A stretch of DNA of 64,000 nt, from NCBI RefSeq assembly GCF_022846255.1, contig NZ_AP025682.1, one strand, 5' to 3'. This DNA comes from Escherichia coli. GTDB taxonomy: Bacteria; Pseudomonadota; Gammaproteobacteria; Enterobacterales; Enterobacteriaceae. The number at the start of each line of letters is the position of its first letter. The first letter of the stretch is position 1. This document shows positions 32,041 through 47,234 of this stretch, piece after piece. The position numbers and the translations under genes are program-made. A model generated the notes under the pieces. It worked only from the letters and a program-made list of their open reading frames with translations. It had not been told where the DNA came from and searched no databases.

Positions 32041-33183
32041 ATGGATTTTAATTTAAATGATGAGCAGGAACTGTTTGTCGCCGGTATCCGCGAACTGATG
32101 GCCAGCGAAAACTGGGAAGCCTATTTTGCCGAGTGCGACCGTGACAGCGTCTACCCGGAACGTTTTGTCAAAGCCCTGGCGGATATGGGTATCGACAGTC
32201 TGCTGATCCCTGAAGAGCACGGTGGTCTGGACGCGGGGTTTGTTACTCTCGCCGCCGTGTGGATGGAACTGGGTCGTCTGGGAGCGCCAACTTACGTGCT
32301 GTATCAGTTACCGGGCGGGTTTAACACCTTCCTGCGTGAAGGTACGCAAGAGCAGATCGACAAGATCATGGCTTTCCGCGGCACCGGTAAGCAGATGTGG
32401 AACTCAGCGATTACCGAACCGGGCGCAGGCTCCGACGTGGGTAGCCTGAAAACGACTTATACCCGTAGAAATGGTAAGATTTATCTTAATGGTAGTAAGT
32501 GTTTTATTACCAGTAGCGCCTACACCCCGTACATCGTGGTGATGGCGCGCGACGGGGCTTCTCCGGACAAACCTGTCTACACCGAATGGTTTGTTGATAT
32601 GAGCAAACCGGGCATCAAAGTGACCAAACTTGAAAAGCTCGGTCTGCGTATGGATAGCTGCTGTGAAATCACTTTTGACGACGTGGAACTGGACGAGAAA
32701 GACATGTTCGGTCGGGAAGGTAACGGCTTTAACCGCGTCAAAGAAGAGTTCGACCATGAACGTTTCCTGGTAGCCCTGACCAACTACGGTACGGCGATGT
32801 GCGCCTTTGAAGATGCGGCGCGCTACGCCAACCAGCGCGTGCAGTTTGGCGAGGCTATTGGTCGTTTCCAGTTGATTCAGGAAAAATTCGCCCACATGGC
32901 GATCAAATTAAACTCCATGAAAAACATGCTGTATGAAGCAGCGTGGAAAGCAGACAACGGCACCATCACCTCTGGCGATGCAGCGATGTGCAAATACTTC
33001 TGCGCCAATGCGGCATTTGAAGTGGTGGATAGCGCAATGCAGGTGCTGGGCGGTGTCGGGATTGCGGGCAACCACCGCATCAGCCGCTTCTGGCGTGACC
33101 TGCGTGTAGACCGCGTTTCCGGAGGATCTGACGAAATGCAGATCCTGACGCTGGGTCGCGCGGTGCTGAAGCAATACCGTTAA
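32041..33183 (+). CDS. caiA: Crotonobetainyl-CoA reductase (acyl-CoA dehydrogenase family)
   Basis: 380 aa [35 protein letters not shown]... Confidence 0.95.
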
Positions 33184-33184
33184 G

Positions 33185-34528
<1,344 letters not shown>

Positions 34529-34600
34529 ACGCGTGGCGTCAGTCAACTTGCCTGACTAGCGCCCGCCCAATAACAAACGAACAAAATGGATAGAGGTGCA

Positions 34601-36154
34601 ATGGATATCATTGGCGGACAACATCTACGTCAAATGTGGGACGATCTGGCGGACGTTTACGGTCATAAAACGGCGCTGATTTGTGAATCCAGCGGCGGAG
34701 TCGTTAACCGGTATAGTTATCTTGAGTTAAATCAGGAAATTAACCGCACGGCAAACCTGTTTTATACGCTGGGGATTCGCAAAGGCGACAAGGTTGCTCT
34801 ACATCTCGACAACTGCCCGGAATTTATCTTTTGCTGGTTCGGGTTGGCAAAAATTGGCGCGATTATGGTGCCGATTAACGCCCGCCTGTTGCGCGAAGAA
34901 AGCACGTGGATCCTGCAAAATAGCCAGGCATGCCTGCTGGTGACCAGTGCGCAATTTTATCCTATGTATCAACAGATTCAGCAGGAAGATGCCACGCAGT
35001 TGCGGCACATTTGCCTGACAGATGTGGCACTTCCCGCTGATGATGGCGTGAGTTCGTTTACTCAACTGAAAAATCAACAACCTGCCACCTTGTGCTATGC
35101 ACCCCCGCTATCGACTGACGATACGGCGGAAATTCTCTTCACCTCCGGCACCACCTCCCGACCGAAAGGTGTGGTGATTACCCATTACAACCTGCGCTTC
35201 GCTGGATATTACTCCGCCTGGCAGTGCGCACTGCGTGACGATGACGTCTACCTGACGGTAATGCCTGCGTTTCATATTGACTGCCAGTGTACTGCGGCGA
35301 TGGCGGCGTTTTCTGCCGGGGCCACCTTTGTGCTGGTCGAGAAATACAGCGCCCGCGCCTTCTGGAAACAGGTACAGAAGTACCGTGCCACCGTCACCGA
35401 ATGTATTCCGATGATGATCCGTACGTTGATGGTGCAGCCGCCTTCTACGAACGATCGGCAACACTGTCTGCGGGAAGTGATGTTTTATCTCAACCTGTCG
35501 GAGCAGGAAAAAGACGCCTTTTGTGAACGCTTCGGCGTTCGCTTGCTGACGTCTTATGGGATGACGGAAACCATTGTTGGCATTATCGGCGATCGCCCCG
35601 GCGATAAGCGTCGCTGGCCGTCGATTGGTCGGGCGGGGTTTTGCTACGAAGCGGAGATCCGCGACGATCACAATCGCCCGCTCCCGGCAGGTGAAATCGG
35701 TGAAATCTGTATTAAAGGCGTACCAGGGAAAACCATCTTCAAAGAGTATTTTCTCAACCCGAAAGCCACTGCGAAAGTGCTGGAAGCCGATGGCTGGCTA
35801 CATACCGGCGATACCGGATACCGCGACGAAGAGGGCTTTTTTTATTTCGTCGATCGCCGCTGCAATATGATCAAACGCGGTGGCGAGAATGTCTCCTGCG
35901 TGGAGCTCGAAAATATCATCGCCACCCATCCCAAAATTCAGGATATCGTGGTTGTGGGTATTAAAGATTCGATTCGCGATGAAGCCATCAAAGCATTTGT
36001 GGTGCTGAATGAAGGTGAAACATTGAGCGAAGAGGAATTCTTCTGCTTCTGTGAACAGAATATGGCGAAATTTAAAGTGCCCTCTTATCTGGAGATCAGA
36101 AAAGATCTGCCACGTAATTGCTCGGGGAAAATAATTAGAAAGAATCTGAAATAA
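34601..36154 (+). CDS. caiC: Crotonobetaine/carnitine-CoA ligase (517 aa from [12 protein letters not shown] track starts 15 bp upstream)
   Basis: AMP-binding enzyme motifs ([10 protein letters not shown]), matches CaiC. Confidence 0.93.
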   Translation: MDIIGGQHLRQMWDDLADVYGHKTALICESSGGVVNRYSYLELNQEINRTANLFYTLGIRKGDKVALHLDNCPEFIFCWFGLAKIGAIMVPINARLLREESTWILQNSQACLLVTSAQFYPMYQQIQQEDATQLRHICLTDVALPADDGVSSFTQLKNQQPATLCYAPPLSTDDTAEILFTSGTTSRPKGVVITHYNLRFAGYYSAWQCALRDDDVYLTVMPAFHIDCQCTAAMAAFSAGATFVLVEKYSARAFWKQVQKYRATVTECIPMMIRTLMVQPPSTNDRQHCLREVMFYLNLSEQEKDAFCERFGVRLLTSYGMTETIVGIIGDRPGDKRRWPSIGRAGFCYEAEIRDDHNRPLPAGEIGEICIKGVPGKTIFKEYFLNPKATAKVLEADGWLHTGDTGYRDEEGFFYFVDRRCNMIKRGGENVSCVELENIIATHPKIQDIVVVGIKDSIRDEAIKAFVVLNEGETLSEEEFFCFCEQNMAKFKVPSYLEIRKDLPRNCSGKIIRKNLK

Positions 36155-36262
36155 ATGAAACGGCAGGGAACTACCCTGCCAGCTAATAATCACGCTCTAA
36201 AACAATATGCATTTTTTGCAGGGATGTTGTCGTCCCTGAAAAAGCAAAAATGGAGAAAAGGA

Positions 36263-37048
36263 ATGAGTGAATCATTACATCTGACCCGCAATGGATCAAT
36301 TCTGGAAATTACCCTTGATCGTCCAAAAGCGAATGCTATTGATGCAAAAACCAGCTTTGAAATGGGCGAAGTATTTCTAAATTTCCGTGACGATCCGCAA
36401 TTACGTGTCGCCATTATTACCGGTGCCGGAGAGAAATTCTTTTCCGCGGGCTGGGATTTAAAAGCGGCAGCAGAAGGCGAAGCACCGGATGCTGACTTTG
36501 GCCCGGGAGGTTTTGCGGGATTAACCGAAATTTTCAATCTCGACAAACCGGTCATCGCCGCTGTGAACGGCTATGCCTTTGGCGGCGGCTTTGAACTGGC
36601 GCTGGCGGCAGATTTTATTGTTTGTGCCGATAACGCCAGCTTCGCCCTACCGGAAGCCAAACTGGGCATCGTTCCTGACAGCGGCGGCGTGCTGCGTCTG
36701 CCGAAGATCCTGCCGCCTGCCATCGTCAATGAAATGGTGATGACCGGCAGACGAATGGGCGCAGAAGAGGCGCTGCGTTGGGGGGTAGTCAACCGCGTGG
36801 TTAGCCAGGCGGAACTGATGGATAACGCCCGCGAACTGGCGCAGCAGCTGGTTAACAGCGCTCCGCTGGCGATTGCGGCGCTGAAAGAGATCTACCGCAC
36901 CACCAGTGAAATGCCGGTAGAAGAAGCGTATCGCTATATTCGCAGCGGCGTGTTGAAACACTATCCATCGGTTCTGCATTCGGAGGATGCCATTGAAGGG
37001 CCGCTGGCGTTTGCCGAGAAGCGCGATCCAGTGTGGAAAGGACGTTAA
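36263..37048 (+). CDS. caiD: Carnitinyl-CoA dehydratase (crotonase family, 261 aa from [11 protein letters not shown])
   Basis: ORF track 36155..37048; N-terminus trimmed to the recalled CaiD start. Confidence 0.93.
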   Translation: MSESLHLTRNGSILEITLDRPKANAIDAKTSFEMGEVFLNFRDDPQLRVAIITGAGEKFFSAGWDLKAAAEGEAPDADFGPGGFAGLTEIFNLDKPVIAAVNGYAFGGGFELALAADFIVCADNASFALPEAKLGIVPDSGGVLRLPKILPPAIVNEMVMTGRRMGAEEALRWGVVNRVVSQAELMDNARELAQQLVNSAPLAIAALKEIYRTTSEMPVEEAYRYIRSGVLKHYPSVLHSEDAIEGPLAFAEKRDPVWKGR

Positions 37049-37053
37049 CAACC

Positions 37054-37644
37054 GTGAGCTATTACGCCTTTGAGGGGTTAATTCCGGTTGTTCACCCGAC
37101 GGCGTTTGTCCATCCCAGTGCAGTATTGATTGGCGATGTGATTGTGGGAGCCGGTGTCTACATCGGCCCACTCGCCTCACTGCGTGGTGACTACGGGCGG
37201 TTGATCGTGCAAGCGGGAGCCAATATTCAGGATGGCTGCATTATGCATGGCTACTGCGACACTGACACCATCGTTGGGGAAAACGGTCATATCGGGCACG
37301 GAGCGATCCTGCATGGTTGTGTGATTGGTCGCGATGCACTGGTCGGGATGAACAGCGTGATTATGGATGGCGCGGTCATTGGCGAAGAGAGCATTGTTGC
37401 CGCTATGAGCTTTGTCAAAGCGGGCTTTCGCGGCGAGAAACGCCAGTTGTTGATGGGTACGCCAGCCCGCGCTGTACGCAGCGTGAGTGACGACGAGTTA
37501 CACTGGAAACGGTTGAATACCAAAGAGTATCAGGATCTTGTCGGGCGCTGTCATGCAGCGTTACATGAAACGCAGCCACTGAGGCAAATGGAGGAAAATC
37601 GCCCCCGTTTGCAGGGGACGACGGATGTGACGCCGAAACGGTGA
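37054..37644 (+). CDS. caiE: Carnitine operon protein CaiE (hexapeptide-repeat acetyltransferase-like; GTG start)
   Basis: ..[46 protein letters not shown]... Confidence 0.9.
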   Translation: MSYYAFEGLIPVVHPTAFVHPSAVLIGDVIVGAGVYIGPLASLRGDYGRLIVQAGANIQDGCIMHGYCDTDTIVGENGHIGHGAILHGCVIGRDALVGMNSVIMDGAVIGEESIVAAMSFVKAGFRGEKRQLLMGTPARAVRSVSDDELHWKRLNTKEYQDLVGRCHAALHETQPLRQMEENRPRLQGTTDVTPKR

Positions 37645-37647
37645 TCT

Positions 37648-37755
37648 TTCCGGATGCGGCGTAAACGCCTTATCCGACCTGGCTGGAAAGCAACCGTAGG
37701 CCGGATAAGATGCGCCATGAACTGCATCCGGCAACCAGGCTGCGTGGTATCAACG
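37648..37755. repeat. REP elements between caiE and caiF
   Basis: ccggatgcggcgtaaacgccttatccgacc...gtaggccggataagatgcgccatgaactgcatccggca. Confidence 0.8.
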
Positions 37756-37763
37756 AAATGACA

Positions 37764-38159
37764 TTAACGACGCATACTCTTTGACAACATCATCTGCCAC
37801 TTCTGCTCGCGGTTAAGTTCCGTGAGCGGAACGGCAGGAATACGCGGCGTCTTTCTTACGCCGACTAATTTATCCCGGCTGTTATTGCGCAGACGCGCGT
37901 AAATTTGCTCATCGATATCAACCACTTTTACCAGTCGCTGGCACTGGCATCCCCGCCCTTCCAGCTTATTAGGGATCATCTTAACTTCGCAGCTTATTTC
38001 TGTGACTTCCGACAGAATATAAGTCAGGGTATTAACCGCCTTGCTGTGTTCAATATCGAAATGAATAGAGATCTCTCTTGCTATCACCCACCGGTTTTCA
38101 GCCATCATCCATTCGGCGATTAACAAATAGAGTGGTTTTTCAACACATCCTTCACACAT
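37764..38159 (-). CDS. caiF: Transcriptional activator of cai/fix operons CaiF (131 aa from MCEGCVEKPLYLL)
   Basis: ORF track 37764..38264; trimmed to recalled CaiF start. Confidence 0.88.
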   Translation of the reverse strand: MCEGCVEKPLYLLIAEWMMAENRWVIAREISIHFDIEHSKAVNTLTYILSEVTEISCEVKMIPNKLEGRGCQCQRLVKVVDIDEQIYARLRNNSRDKLVGVRKTPRIPAVPLTELNREQKWQMMLSKSMRR

Positions 38160-38419
38160 ACGAACTCCAGTTTCACAAATTAAAAGACTGGCTATGACTC
38201 GTTTTGCAGCAATTAAACAAGGCCATATTAAAATTGTGGATATATCGATAGTATGCAACTTCACCGTCGATAAGTGTGAGCTAAATCCTGCTTATGTCAT
38301 CAAAAATATCGATTCCCCAAAAGATTTACTTAATGGGCAAAAAAAACGGTCCTCATCAGAGAACCGTATTAGTTATTCGATCAAATTAGCGGATGAAAAA
38401 TATCCGCCATGACACGCTA

Positions 38420-41400
38420 TTATTTGATCTGCGCGTGCATTTCCTGCACCGAAATTACTTTTTCGGTCGCATCGGCATTCAGCGCCATCGCGGTGGCAAA
38501 GCCGCCGTTCAGGGTGGTGTCGTAATGCACTTTATATTGCAGCGCACTGCGACGGATCACGCGGGAGTCTTCAATCGCACGACGACCTGAGGTGGTGTTG
38601 ATGATGTAGGTATATTCGCCATTCTTAATACGGTCCTGAATGTGCGGACGGCCTTCATGCACCTTGTTCACCAGACGCGGATTGATACCCGCTTCGCCCA
38701 GCACAATCGCCGTGCCGTGAGTCGCATCCAGCTCGAAGCCCTGTTTCAGCAGTTTTGCCGCCAGGTCCACCACGCGTTCTTTATCGCCTTCGCGCACGGA
38801 AAGCAGCGCACGACCGTGTTTCTTCATGGTGGAGTTGCTGCCCAGCTGCGCTTTGGCAAACGCTTCAGCGAAGGTGCGGCCCACGCCCATTACTTCCCCG
38901 GTAGAGCGCATTTCTGGCCCTAACAGCGGGTCAACGCCCGGGAATTTATTGAACGGCAGCACCACTTCTTTCACCGAGTAGTACGGCGGGATAACTTCTT
39001 TGGTTACGCCCTGCTCAGCCAGCGATTTGCCAGCCATCACACGCGCCGCCACTTTTGCCAGCGGTACGCCGGTGGCTTTGGAGACGAACGGAACGGTACG
39101 CGCCGCACGCGGGTTAACTTCAATCAGGTAGACTTCGTTGTTTTTCACCGCAAACTGCACGTTCATCAGGCCGCGCACCTGCAATTCGAAGGCCAGTTTC
39201 TGCACCTGCTGGCGCATCACATCCTGAATTTCCTGACTTAAGGTGTAGGCTGGCAGCGAACATGCGGAGTCACCGGAGTGCACGCCCGCCTGCTCAATAT
39301 GCTCCATGATGCCGCCAATCAGCACCACTTCGCCGTCGCAGATGGCATCCACGTCAACTTCTACTGCGTCATCAAGGAAGTGGTCCAGCAACACTGGCGC
39401 ATCGTTAGATACGCTGACCGCTGTCTGGAAGTAGCGACGCAGGTCAGCTTCGTCATAGACGATTTCCATCGCCCGACCGCCGAGAACGTAAGACGGACGC
39501 ACCACCAGCGGGTAGCCAATCTCTTTCGCTTTCTCAACCGCCATTTCGATGGTGGTAACGGTGGCGTTCGCCGGTTGTTTCAGTTTCAGACGCTCAACCG
39601 CATGCTGGAAGCGTTCACGGTCTTCCGCACGGTCGATGGCATCCGGGCTGGTACCGATAACCGGTACGCCAGCAGCTTCCAGCGCGCGCGCCAGTTTCAG
39701 CGGGGTCTGACCGCCGTACTGAACGATAACGCCTTTCGGCTTCTCAATACGCACAATTTCCAGCACGTCTTCCAGCGTTACCGGTTCGAAGTAGAGGCGG
39801 TCGGAGGTGTCGTAGTCGGTGGAGACGGTTTCCGGGTTACAGTTAACCATAATGGTTTCGTAACCGTCTTCACGCAGCGCCAGCGAGGCGTGTACACAGC
39901 AGTAGTCGAATTCGATACCCTGACCGATACGGTTCGGGCCGCCGCCGAGCACCATGATTTTTTCACGGTCGGTAGACGGATTCGCTTCGCACTCTTCTTC
40001 ATAAGTGGAGTACATGTAAGCGGTGTCGGTGGCGAACTCTGCCGCACAGGTATCCACGCGCTTATAAACCGGGTGCAGGTCATACTGGTCGCGCAGCTTG
40101 CGGATTTCTGCTTCACGCACGCCCGCGAGTTTTGCCAGACGCGCATCGGCAAAGCCTTTGCGTTTCAGCTGGCGCAGGAAGTCAGCGTTCAGGCCAGTGA
40201 TACCCACTTCCGCCACTTTCTCTTCCAGACGCACCAGTTCTTCAATTTGTACCAGGAACCAGCGGTCAATATTGGTCAGGTTAAAGACGCCGTCTACAGA
40301 CAAGCCCGCACGGAAGGCATCGGCGATGTACCAGATACGCTCAGCGCCTGCATCTTTCAGTTCGCGGCGGATTTTGGTCAGGGCTTCCGGGTCGTCGAGG
40401 CTCACTTTCGGGTCGAAGCCAGTCGCGCCCACTTCGAGGCCGCGCAGGGCTTTTTGCAGAGATTCCTGCTGCGTGCGTCCAATCGCCATCACTTCGCCAA
40501 CCGATTTCATCTGGGTGGTCAGACGGTCGTTCGCACCGACGAATTTCTCGAAGTTAAAGCGAGGAATTTTGGTGACCACATAGTCGATGGACGGTTCGAA
40601 GGAGGCCGGAGTACGCCCGCCGGTGATGTCGTTCATCAGCTCGTCGAGGGTGTAACCCACCGCCAGTTTCGCCGCCACTTTGGCAATCGGGAAGCCGGTG
40701 GCTTTCGACGCCAGCGCCGAAGAACGCGACACACGCGGGTTCATTTCGATAACAATCAGGCGACCGTTCTTCGGGTTCACCGCAAACTGGACGTTAGAAC
40801 CACCGGTTTCAACGCCGATTTCACGCAGTACCGCCATCGAGGCGTTACGCATGATTTGGTATTCTTTGTCGGTCAGTGTTTGCGCTGGCGCTACAGTAAT
40901 AGAGTCACCGGTGTGGATACCCATCGCGTCGAAGTTTTCGATAGAGCAAACGATGATGCAGTTGTCGTTTTTATCACGCACCACTTCCATCTCGTACTCT
41001 TTCCAGCCGATCAGCGACTCATCAATCAGCAGCTCTTTGGTCGGGGAGAGATCCAAACCGCGGGCGCAAATTTCTTCAAATTCTTCACGGTTATAAGCGA
41101 TACCGCCACCGCTACCGCCCATGGTAAAGGATGGGCGAATAATGCACGGGAAGCCAACTTCAGCGGCAACCGCCAGCGCTTCTTCCATTGAATGAGCGAT
41201 ACCGGAACGCGCAGTTTCCAGACCGATTTTCTTCATCGCTACGTCGAAACGGCGGCGGTCTTCGGCTTTATCAATCGCATCGGCAGTGGCACCAATCATG
41301 GTGACGCCGAACTCTTCCAGCACGCCCTGACGCTCAAGCTCCAGCGCACAGTTCAGCGCCGTCTGCCCCCCCATGGTTGGCAGCACCGCGTCCGGGCGCT

Positions 41401-41641
41401 CTTTTTCAATAATCTTGCGTACCACTTCCCAGTGAATCGGCTCGATGTAGGTTGCATCAGCCATTTCCGGGTCGGTCATGATAGTCGCCGGGTTGGAGTT
41501 CACCAGAATGACGCGGTAACCCTCTTCACGCAGGGCTTTACACGCTTGCGCGCCAGAGTAGTCAAACTCACACGCCTGACCGATAACAATCGGGCCCGCA
41601 CCCAGAATCAGGATACTTTTTATATCTGTACGTTTTGGCAT
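38420..41641 (-). CDS. carB: Carbamoyl-phosphate synthase large subunit
   Basis: 1073 aa [57 protein letters not shown]... Confidence 0.97.
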   Translation of the reverse strand: MPKRTDIKSILILGAGPIVIGQACEFDYSGAQACKALREEGYRVILVNSNPATIMTDPEMADATYIEPIHWEVVRKIIEKERPDAVLPTMGGQTALNCALELERQGVLEEFGVTMIGATADAIDKAEDRRRFDVAMKKIGLETARSGIAHSMEEALAVAAEVGFPCIIRPSFTMGGSGGGIAYNREEFEEICARGLDLSPTKELLIDESLIGWKEYEMEVVRDKNDNCIIVCSIENFDAMGIHTGDSITVAPAQTLTDKEYQIMRNASMAVLREIGVETGGSNVQFAVNPKNGRLIVIEMNPRVSRSSALASKATGFPIAKVAAKLAVGYTLDELMNDITGGRTPASFEPSIDYVVTKIPRFNFEKFVGANDRLTTQMKSVGEVMAIGRTQQESLQKALRGLEVGATGFDPKVSLDDPEALTKIRRELKDAGAERIWYIADAFRAGLSVDGVFNLTNIDRWFLVQIEELVRLEEKVAEVGITGLNADFLRQLKRKGFADARLAKLAGVREAEIRKLRDQYDLHPVYKRVDTCAAEFATDTAYMYSTYEEECEANPSTDREKIMVLGGGPNRIGQGIEFDYCCVHASLALREDGYETIMVNCNPETVSTDYDTSDRLYFEPVTLEDVLEIVRIEKPKGVIVQYGGQTPLKLARALEAAGVPVIGTSPDAIDRAEDRERFQHAVERLKLKQPANATVTTIEMAVEKAKEIGYPLVVRPSYVLGGRAMEIVYDEADLRRYFQTAVSVSNDAPVLLDHFLDDAVEVDVDAICDGEVVLIGGIMEHIEQAGVHSGDSACSLPAYTLSQEIQDVMRQQVQKLAFELQVRGLMNVQFAVKNNEVYLIEVNPRAARTVPFVSKATGVPLAKVAARVMAGKSLAEQGVTKEVIPPYYSVKEVVLPFNKFPGVDPLLGPEMRSTGEVMGVGRTFAEAFAKAQLGSNSTMKKHGRALLSVREGDKERVVDLAAKLLKQGFELDATHGTAIVLGEAGINPRLVNKVHEGRPHIQDRIKNGEYTYIINTTSGRRAIEDSRVIRRSALQYKVHYDTTLNGGFATAMALNADATEKVISVQEMHAQIK

Positions 41642-41658
41642 GGCTCTTTTACTCCTGA

Positions 41659-42807
41659 TTACTTAGCGGTTTTACGGTACTGCTCAATTAACGCGATAAA
41701 GTGGTCAAACAACGGCGCGGCGTCGTGTGGACCAGGGCTGGCTTCCGGGTGTCCCTGGAAGCTGAACGCCGGTTTATCGGTACGATGAATGCCCTGTAAC
41801 GTACCGTCGAACAGGGATTTATGTGTGACACGCAGGTTTGCAGGTAATGTTGCTTCATCCACCGCAAAACCGTGGTTCTGGGCGGTGATCATCACCACAT
41901 TTTTCTCAACATCTTTAACCGGATGGTTGCCGCCGTGGTGACCAAATTTCATTTTGACAGTCTTCGCACCGCTCGCCAGCGCCAGCAGCTGATGACCGAG
42001 GCAGATGCCGAATACCGGAATATCAGTTTCGAGGAATTTCTGGATAGCGGTAATGGCGTAATCGCACGGGGCCGGGTCGCCAGGACCGTTGGAGAGGAAG
42101 ATGCCGTCCGGATTCATTTTCAGCACATCTTCCGCAGAAGTTTGCGCCGGAACGATGGTCAGGCGACAGCCTCTATCCACCAGCATACGCAGGATGTTGC
42201 GCTTGGCACCGAAATCGTAGGCCACGACGTGGTACGGCAGCTCGTCTTCTTTTTTCGCTTCTGGCAGGCCGCCGGTCAGTGTCCAGCTCCCTTGTGTCCA
42301 GCTATAGGGTTCTGCGGTGGTTACTTCTTTTGCCAGATCCATGCCGTTCAGACCTGGGAACGCGCGGGCTTTTTCTAACGCCAGCGCCGCATCCGGGTTG
42401 TCACCCGCAATAATGCAGCCATTCTGAGCACCTTTCTCACGCAGTAAACGCGTCAGCTTACGGGTATCGATATCGGCAATCGCCACGATGTTATGGCGCT
42501 TCAGGTAAGAAGAGAGGTCTTCGGTATTACGGAAGTTGCTGGCAATCAGCGGCAGGTCGCGAATCACCAGACCTTGGGCATGTACCTGAGAAGATTCTTC
42601 ATCGGCGTCATTAGTGCCGACATTGCCAATATGGGGATAAGTAAGAGTAACGATTTGACGAGAATAGGAAGGATCAGTGAGGATTTCTTGATAACCGGTC
42701 ATTGAAGTATTGAAAACGACTTCCCCAACCGCCGAACCTGTTGCCCCTATGGCCCGACCGTGAAACTGGGTTCCGTCTTCCAGAACCAATAGCGCTGACT
42801 TAATCAA
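41659..42807 (-). CDS. carA: Carbamoyl-phosphate synthase small subunit (likely TTG start at [12 protein letters not shown], 382 aa; ORF track extends to 42834)
   Basis: Glutamine amidotransferase motifs (GICLGHQLL), matches CarA. Confidence 0.94.
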   Translation of the reverse strand: MIKSALLVLEDGTQFHGRAIGATGSAVGEVVFNTSMTGYQEILTDPSYSRQIVTLTYPHIGNVGTNDADEESSQVHAQGLVIRDLPLIASNFRNTEDLSSYLKRHNIVAIADIDTRKLTRLLREKGAQNGCIIAGDNPDAALALEKARAFPGLNGMDLAKEVTTAEPYSWTQGSWTLTGGLPEAKKEDELPYHVVAYDFGAKRNILRMLVDRGCRLTIVPAQTSAEDVLKMNPDGIFLSNGPGDPAPCDYAITAIQKFLETDIPVFGICLGHQLLALASGAKTVKMKFGHHGGNHPVKDVEKNVVMITAQNHGFAVDEATLPANLRVTHKSLFDGTLQGIHRTDKPAFSFQGHPEASPGPHDAAPLFDHFIALIEQYRKTAK

Positions 42808-42834
42808 AACACCCTCCAGAGAATATTCACTCAC

Positions 42835-43163
42835 TTTATTTGCATATTAATTCACAATGATGACGTAAATCAATGCAAATCTGCTTACCGACGAATTTCT
42901 GGCAAACGGCGGCATTCTGGAGATATGGGCGCTAAAAGTCAACTTAATGGCGGGATTTTTTATATTATTTTGTGGCTCATGCATGTTTTACAGGCATTAA
43001 GCGACAAAAAGATCATATAACATGTTCTGGAAAACGCTTGCGCAGCAAGAAGATTGCATGAAATCAAAATGAGCAGAAAAAAGTGGACCAAATGGTCAAA
43101 ATTTACATTAAAACAACAAAAACAGAATGCAAAACATATAATTTTCAGCATTTGCATTAAATT
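42835..43163 (-). promoter_or_regulatory. carAB upstream control region (AT-rich, tandem P1/P2 promoters regulated by pyrimidines/arginine per established knowledge)
   Basis: 329-bp AT-rich non-coding tract upstream of carA; individual operator boxes not mapped here. Confidence 0.5.
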
Positions 43164-43210
43164 TAAAAGCATAAAACCAAAAATAAAAGGGCCAAAAATT
43201 AAAGCCCTTT
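43164..43210 (-). terminator. Rho-independent terminator of dapB
   Basis: Minus-strand hairpin aaagggctttaatttttggcccttt followed by tatttttggtttt. Confidence 0.6.
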
Positions 43211-43262
43211 ATATTCAATGCATTAAATGTGTTATTTTTGCATCACTATAAATATTTTGTGG

Positions 43263-44099
<837 letters not shown>

Positions 44100-44250
44100 T
44101 TAATTTGCATAGACCGTTTTCAGAGTAACCAGCGCATCGCTACGCCGCCAGCCAAAAACGCTGATAATTAGAAATTAATGATAAACAGGGAGGGATATCA
44201 GTGAAAGGCATGAGTCGATGAATGACTGCATGCCGATAACATGTGACAGG

Positions 44251-45165
44251 TTACGGCACCAGAGCCAGCACCTCAGCTACCCACTGCTGGAAGCCTTTTA
44301 CATTCAGATCCAATGCCACCTGTACATTGGCTGGTTTGCCCAGGCAACCGTCGATATCAACTACCGTCGTGCCTGAGGTAAATTCGCCTTGAGTTTCTAC
44401 CGCGACAAAACACGGCTTGAGGGTGAATAAGTCCGGGCGCACCAGCCAGGCGATGGCGCAGAGATCGTGCATACGTAGTCCACTTTGCATACTGCCGCTA
44501 CGGTAGTGGCTAAACAGGGCGTGGAGCATTTTTCCGGTGCGATTCAACTCCGGCAAAGTAGCGAGATAGTCAGGGGTTAATATTGCCTGATTGGTGACAT
44601 CCAGACCGCACATGACAATTTCGATTCCGCTACGGAAGACACAGGCAGCCGCTTCTGGATCGGCGGCGATATTAAACTCGGCATTTGGTGTACAGTTACC
44701 GCGACCAGCAGAACCGCCCATGATCACCAGACGACGAATATACTGTTTACATTCCGGGCATTGTGAAAGTAACAGCGCAATATTGGTTAACGGGCCAATG
44801 GCTACCAGCGTAACAGGCTCTGGTGCACGCAGCAGGGCATCACGAATCGCCAGAAACGCTGGTATCTCGAGTGGCTTTCGGTTGTGCTCAACAAAGTCGT
44901 AGCCAGCCATTCCCGATTCACCGTGCACAGATGCCGCATCACGCGGTGCGCGTACCAGCGGTACGGCTGCGCCCTGGGCAAGCGGAATCTCCGCATTCCA
45001 GAAATGCAGCAGTTGCAGGGCGTTGCGGGTCGTTTTCTCAACCGAGACATTACCCGCGACGGTGGTCATCAGTTGCAGGTCGAGTTCGGGGGCAAAAATC
45101 GCGGCGGCAATGGCAACGGCATCGTCAATGCCGGGGTCTGTATCGAGGAAGATAGGTAAACGCAT
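44251..45165 (-). CDS. rihC: Non-specific ribonucleoside hydrolase RihC
   Basis: 304 aa [39 protein letters not shown]... (DTDPGIDD nucleoside hydrolase motif). Confidence 0.94.
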   Translation of the reverse strand: MRLPIFLDTDPGIDDAVAIAAAIFAPELDLQLMTTVAGNVSVEKTTRNALQLLHFWNAEIPLAQGAAVPLVRAPRDAASVHGESGMAGYDFVEHNRKPLEIPAFLAIRDALLRAPEPVTLVAIGPLTNIALLLSQCPECKQYIRRLVIMGGSAGRGNCTPNAEFNIAADPEAAACVFRSGIEIVMCGLDVTNQAILTPDYLATLPELNRTGKMLHALFSHYRSGSMQSGLRMHDLCAIAWLVRPDLFTLKPCFVAVETQGEFTSGTTVVDIDGCLGKPANVQVALDLNVKGFQQWVAEVLALVP

Positions 45166-45230
45166 GTTTTCTCCATAAAAAATGCCGGTAACAAGACCGG
45201 CATTTTCGCATAACTTAGGCTGCTAATGAC

Positions 45231-46181
45231 TTAATCGACTTCACGAATATCGACACGCAGCTCTTTCGGCACTTCGAAAACAATGTTTTCTTCACGACCT
45301 TCCAGCGGAATGGCTTCGCCACCGCCCAGCTGCTGTAAACGTGCGACTACGTTCTGTACCAGAATATCCGGAGCTGATGCGCCAGCAGTCACGCCGACGC
45401 ATTTCGCCTCTTTCACCCACTCTTCCTGGATATCTGTCGCATCGTCAATCAAAAACGCGCGTTTGCCCATACGCTGGGCCAGCTCCGCCAGACGGTTGGA
45501 GTTGGAGGAGTTTTTCGAACCGACCACCAACACCACTTCCGCCTGTTCTGCCAGGGCGCGTACCGCTTCCTGACGGTTAGTCGTGGCGTAGCAGATGTCA
45601 TCTTTGCGCGGACCGACAATTTTCGGGAAGCGTTTACGCAGCGCGTCGATCACATCAGACGTGTCATCCACCGACAGCGTGGTTTGGGTCATAAAGGAGA
45701 GCTTCTCTTCGTTTTTGACCGTCAGTTTCCACACATCGTCTGGCGATTCGACCAGATACATTCCCCCTTCCGGGTTGCTGTACTGACCCATTGTCCCTTC
45801 CACTTCCGGGTGACCGGCGTGGCCGATGAGAATAGATTCTTCGCCACGGCGACTGGCGCGGGCGACTTCCATATGCACTTTGGTCACCAGCGGACAGGTG
45901 GCGTCGAATACCGTCAAATCACGGCTTTTCGCTTCGTTACGTACCGCCTGAGAAACACCGTGTGCGGAGAAAATCAGGATCGCGCCGTCCGGTACTTCGC
46001 TAATCTGCTCAATAAAGATAGCCCCACGCTCGCGCAGGCTATCGACCACATAGCGGTTATGCACCACTTCATGACGGACATATATCGGTGCGCCGTAAAT
46101 GGCCAGCGCGTTTTCAACAATGCTGATAGCGCGGTCTACCCCGGCACAAAAACCACGCGGGTTGGCCAACAGGATCTGCAT
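45231..46181 (-). CDS. ispH: 4-hydroxy-3-methylbut-2-enyl diphosphate reductase (316 aa from [15 protein letters not shown])
   Basis: ORF track 45231..46265; trimmed to IspH start. Confidence 0.94.
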   Translation of the reverse strand: MQILLANPRGFCAGVDRAISIVENALAIYGAPIYVRHEVVHNRYVVDSLRERGAIFIEQISEVPDGAILIFSAHGVSQAVRNEAKSRDLTVFDATCPLVTKVHMEVARASRRGEESILIGHAGHPEVEGTMGQYSNPEGGMYLVESPDDVWKLTVKNEEKLSFMTQTTLSVDDTSDVIDALRKRFPKIVGPRKDDICYATTNRQEAVRALAEQAEVVLVVGSKNSSNSNRLAELAQRMGKRAFLIDDATDIQEEWVKEAKCVGVTAGASAPDILVQNVVARLQQLGGGEAIPLEGREENIVFEVPKELRVDIREVD

Positions 46182-46182
46182 G

Positions 46183-46632
46183 TTACGCCTCCAGTGCCGG
46201 ATCGATTTCCAGCACTTCAATATCAAAATGAACGGTCTGCCCGGCCAGCGGATGGTTGAAATCAACGGTAATAGAGTCGCCGTTAATTTCGCGGATCACG
46301 CCAGGCATCTCACTGCCATCCATTGCGGTAAAAAGCATGATTGCGCCAATTTCTGGCTCGCCTGCATCCATAAATTCACGGCGGGAGAAGTACTGAATCA
46401 GGTCCGGTGACGGCACGCCAAACGCCGCATCTGGCTCCAGCGAGAAGGTGGTTTTATCGCCCACTTTCAGCCCCAGCAAGTGTTGCTCCAGCCCTTCAGA
46501 AAGAGAAGCATCACCCAGGCGGAACAGCGCCGGTTTACCGTTGTTGCGGGTAGACTCGGCAGTGGTGCCATCGTCGAGTTTTAGCGTGAAATGCACCAGG
46601 ACGGCGCTATTGCTCTGTACAGATTCAGACAT
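46183..46632 (-). CDS. fkpB: FKBP-type peptidyl-prolyl cis-trans isomerase FkpB (SlpA)
   Basis: 149 aa [41 protein letters not shown]... Confidence 0.94.
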
Positions 46633-46639
46633 GCAGGTT

Positions 46640-46738
46640 TGCTCTTATATTTTGAGGATTTTTGCCGGATGCGGCCTACGATTTCGCAGCAATCTGTAGG
46701 CCGGATAAGATGCGTCAGCATCGCATCCGGCAGGGTTT
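46640..46738. repeat. REP elements between fkpB and lspA
   Basis: tgccggatgcggcctacgatttcgcagcaatctgtaggccggataagatgcgtcagcatcgcatccggca. Confidence 0.8.
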
Positions 46739-46739
46739 A

Positions 46740-47234
46740 TTATTGTTTTTTCGCTTTAGAAGGTAAAAAACCTTCCAGCACAATCAGTGCCGCACCGACA
46801 CAAATGGCAGTATCGGCAAGGTTGAAGGTAGCGAAGTGCCAGTCGCCGACGTAGAAGTCGATCATATCGACAACGAAGCCGTGCCACAGGCGGTCGAACA
46901 GGTTGCCCAGCGCGCCGCCAATAATCAGCGCGTAAGCGATATTGTTTAGCTTCTGCGTGGCCTTCGAGCGATACATCATCACCATCAGGATCACGCTAAT
47001 ACCAATCGCAATACCGGCAAAGAACCAACGCTGCCAGCCACCGCTATCGGCAAGGAAACTAAACGCCGCGCCATAGTTACGCGCATAATGCAGATTAAGC
47101 GACGGGAACAGCGGGACCGTATCCCCCAGAGCAAAGTTCTGGAGGATCAGGTATTTGCTGCCCAGATCGATAATCAGCACGACTACCACCAGCCACAGCC
47201 AGCGTAGCCCTGTTGAACAGATCGATTGACTCAT
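46740..47234 (-). CDS. lspA: Lipoprotein signal peptidase II
   Basis: 164 aa [34 protein letters not shown]... Confidence 0.95.
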   Translation of the reverse strand: MSQSICSTGLRWLWLVVVVLIIDLGSKYLILQNFALGDTVPLFPSLNLHYARNYGAAFSFLADSGGWQRWFFAGIAIGISVILMVMMYRSKATQKLNNIAYALIIGGALGNLFDRLWHGFVVDMIDFYVGDWHFATFNLADTAICVGAALIVLEGFLPSKAKKQ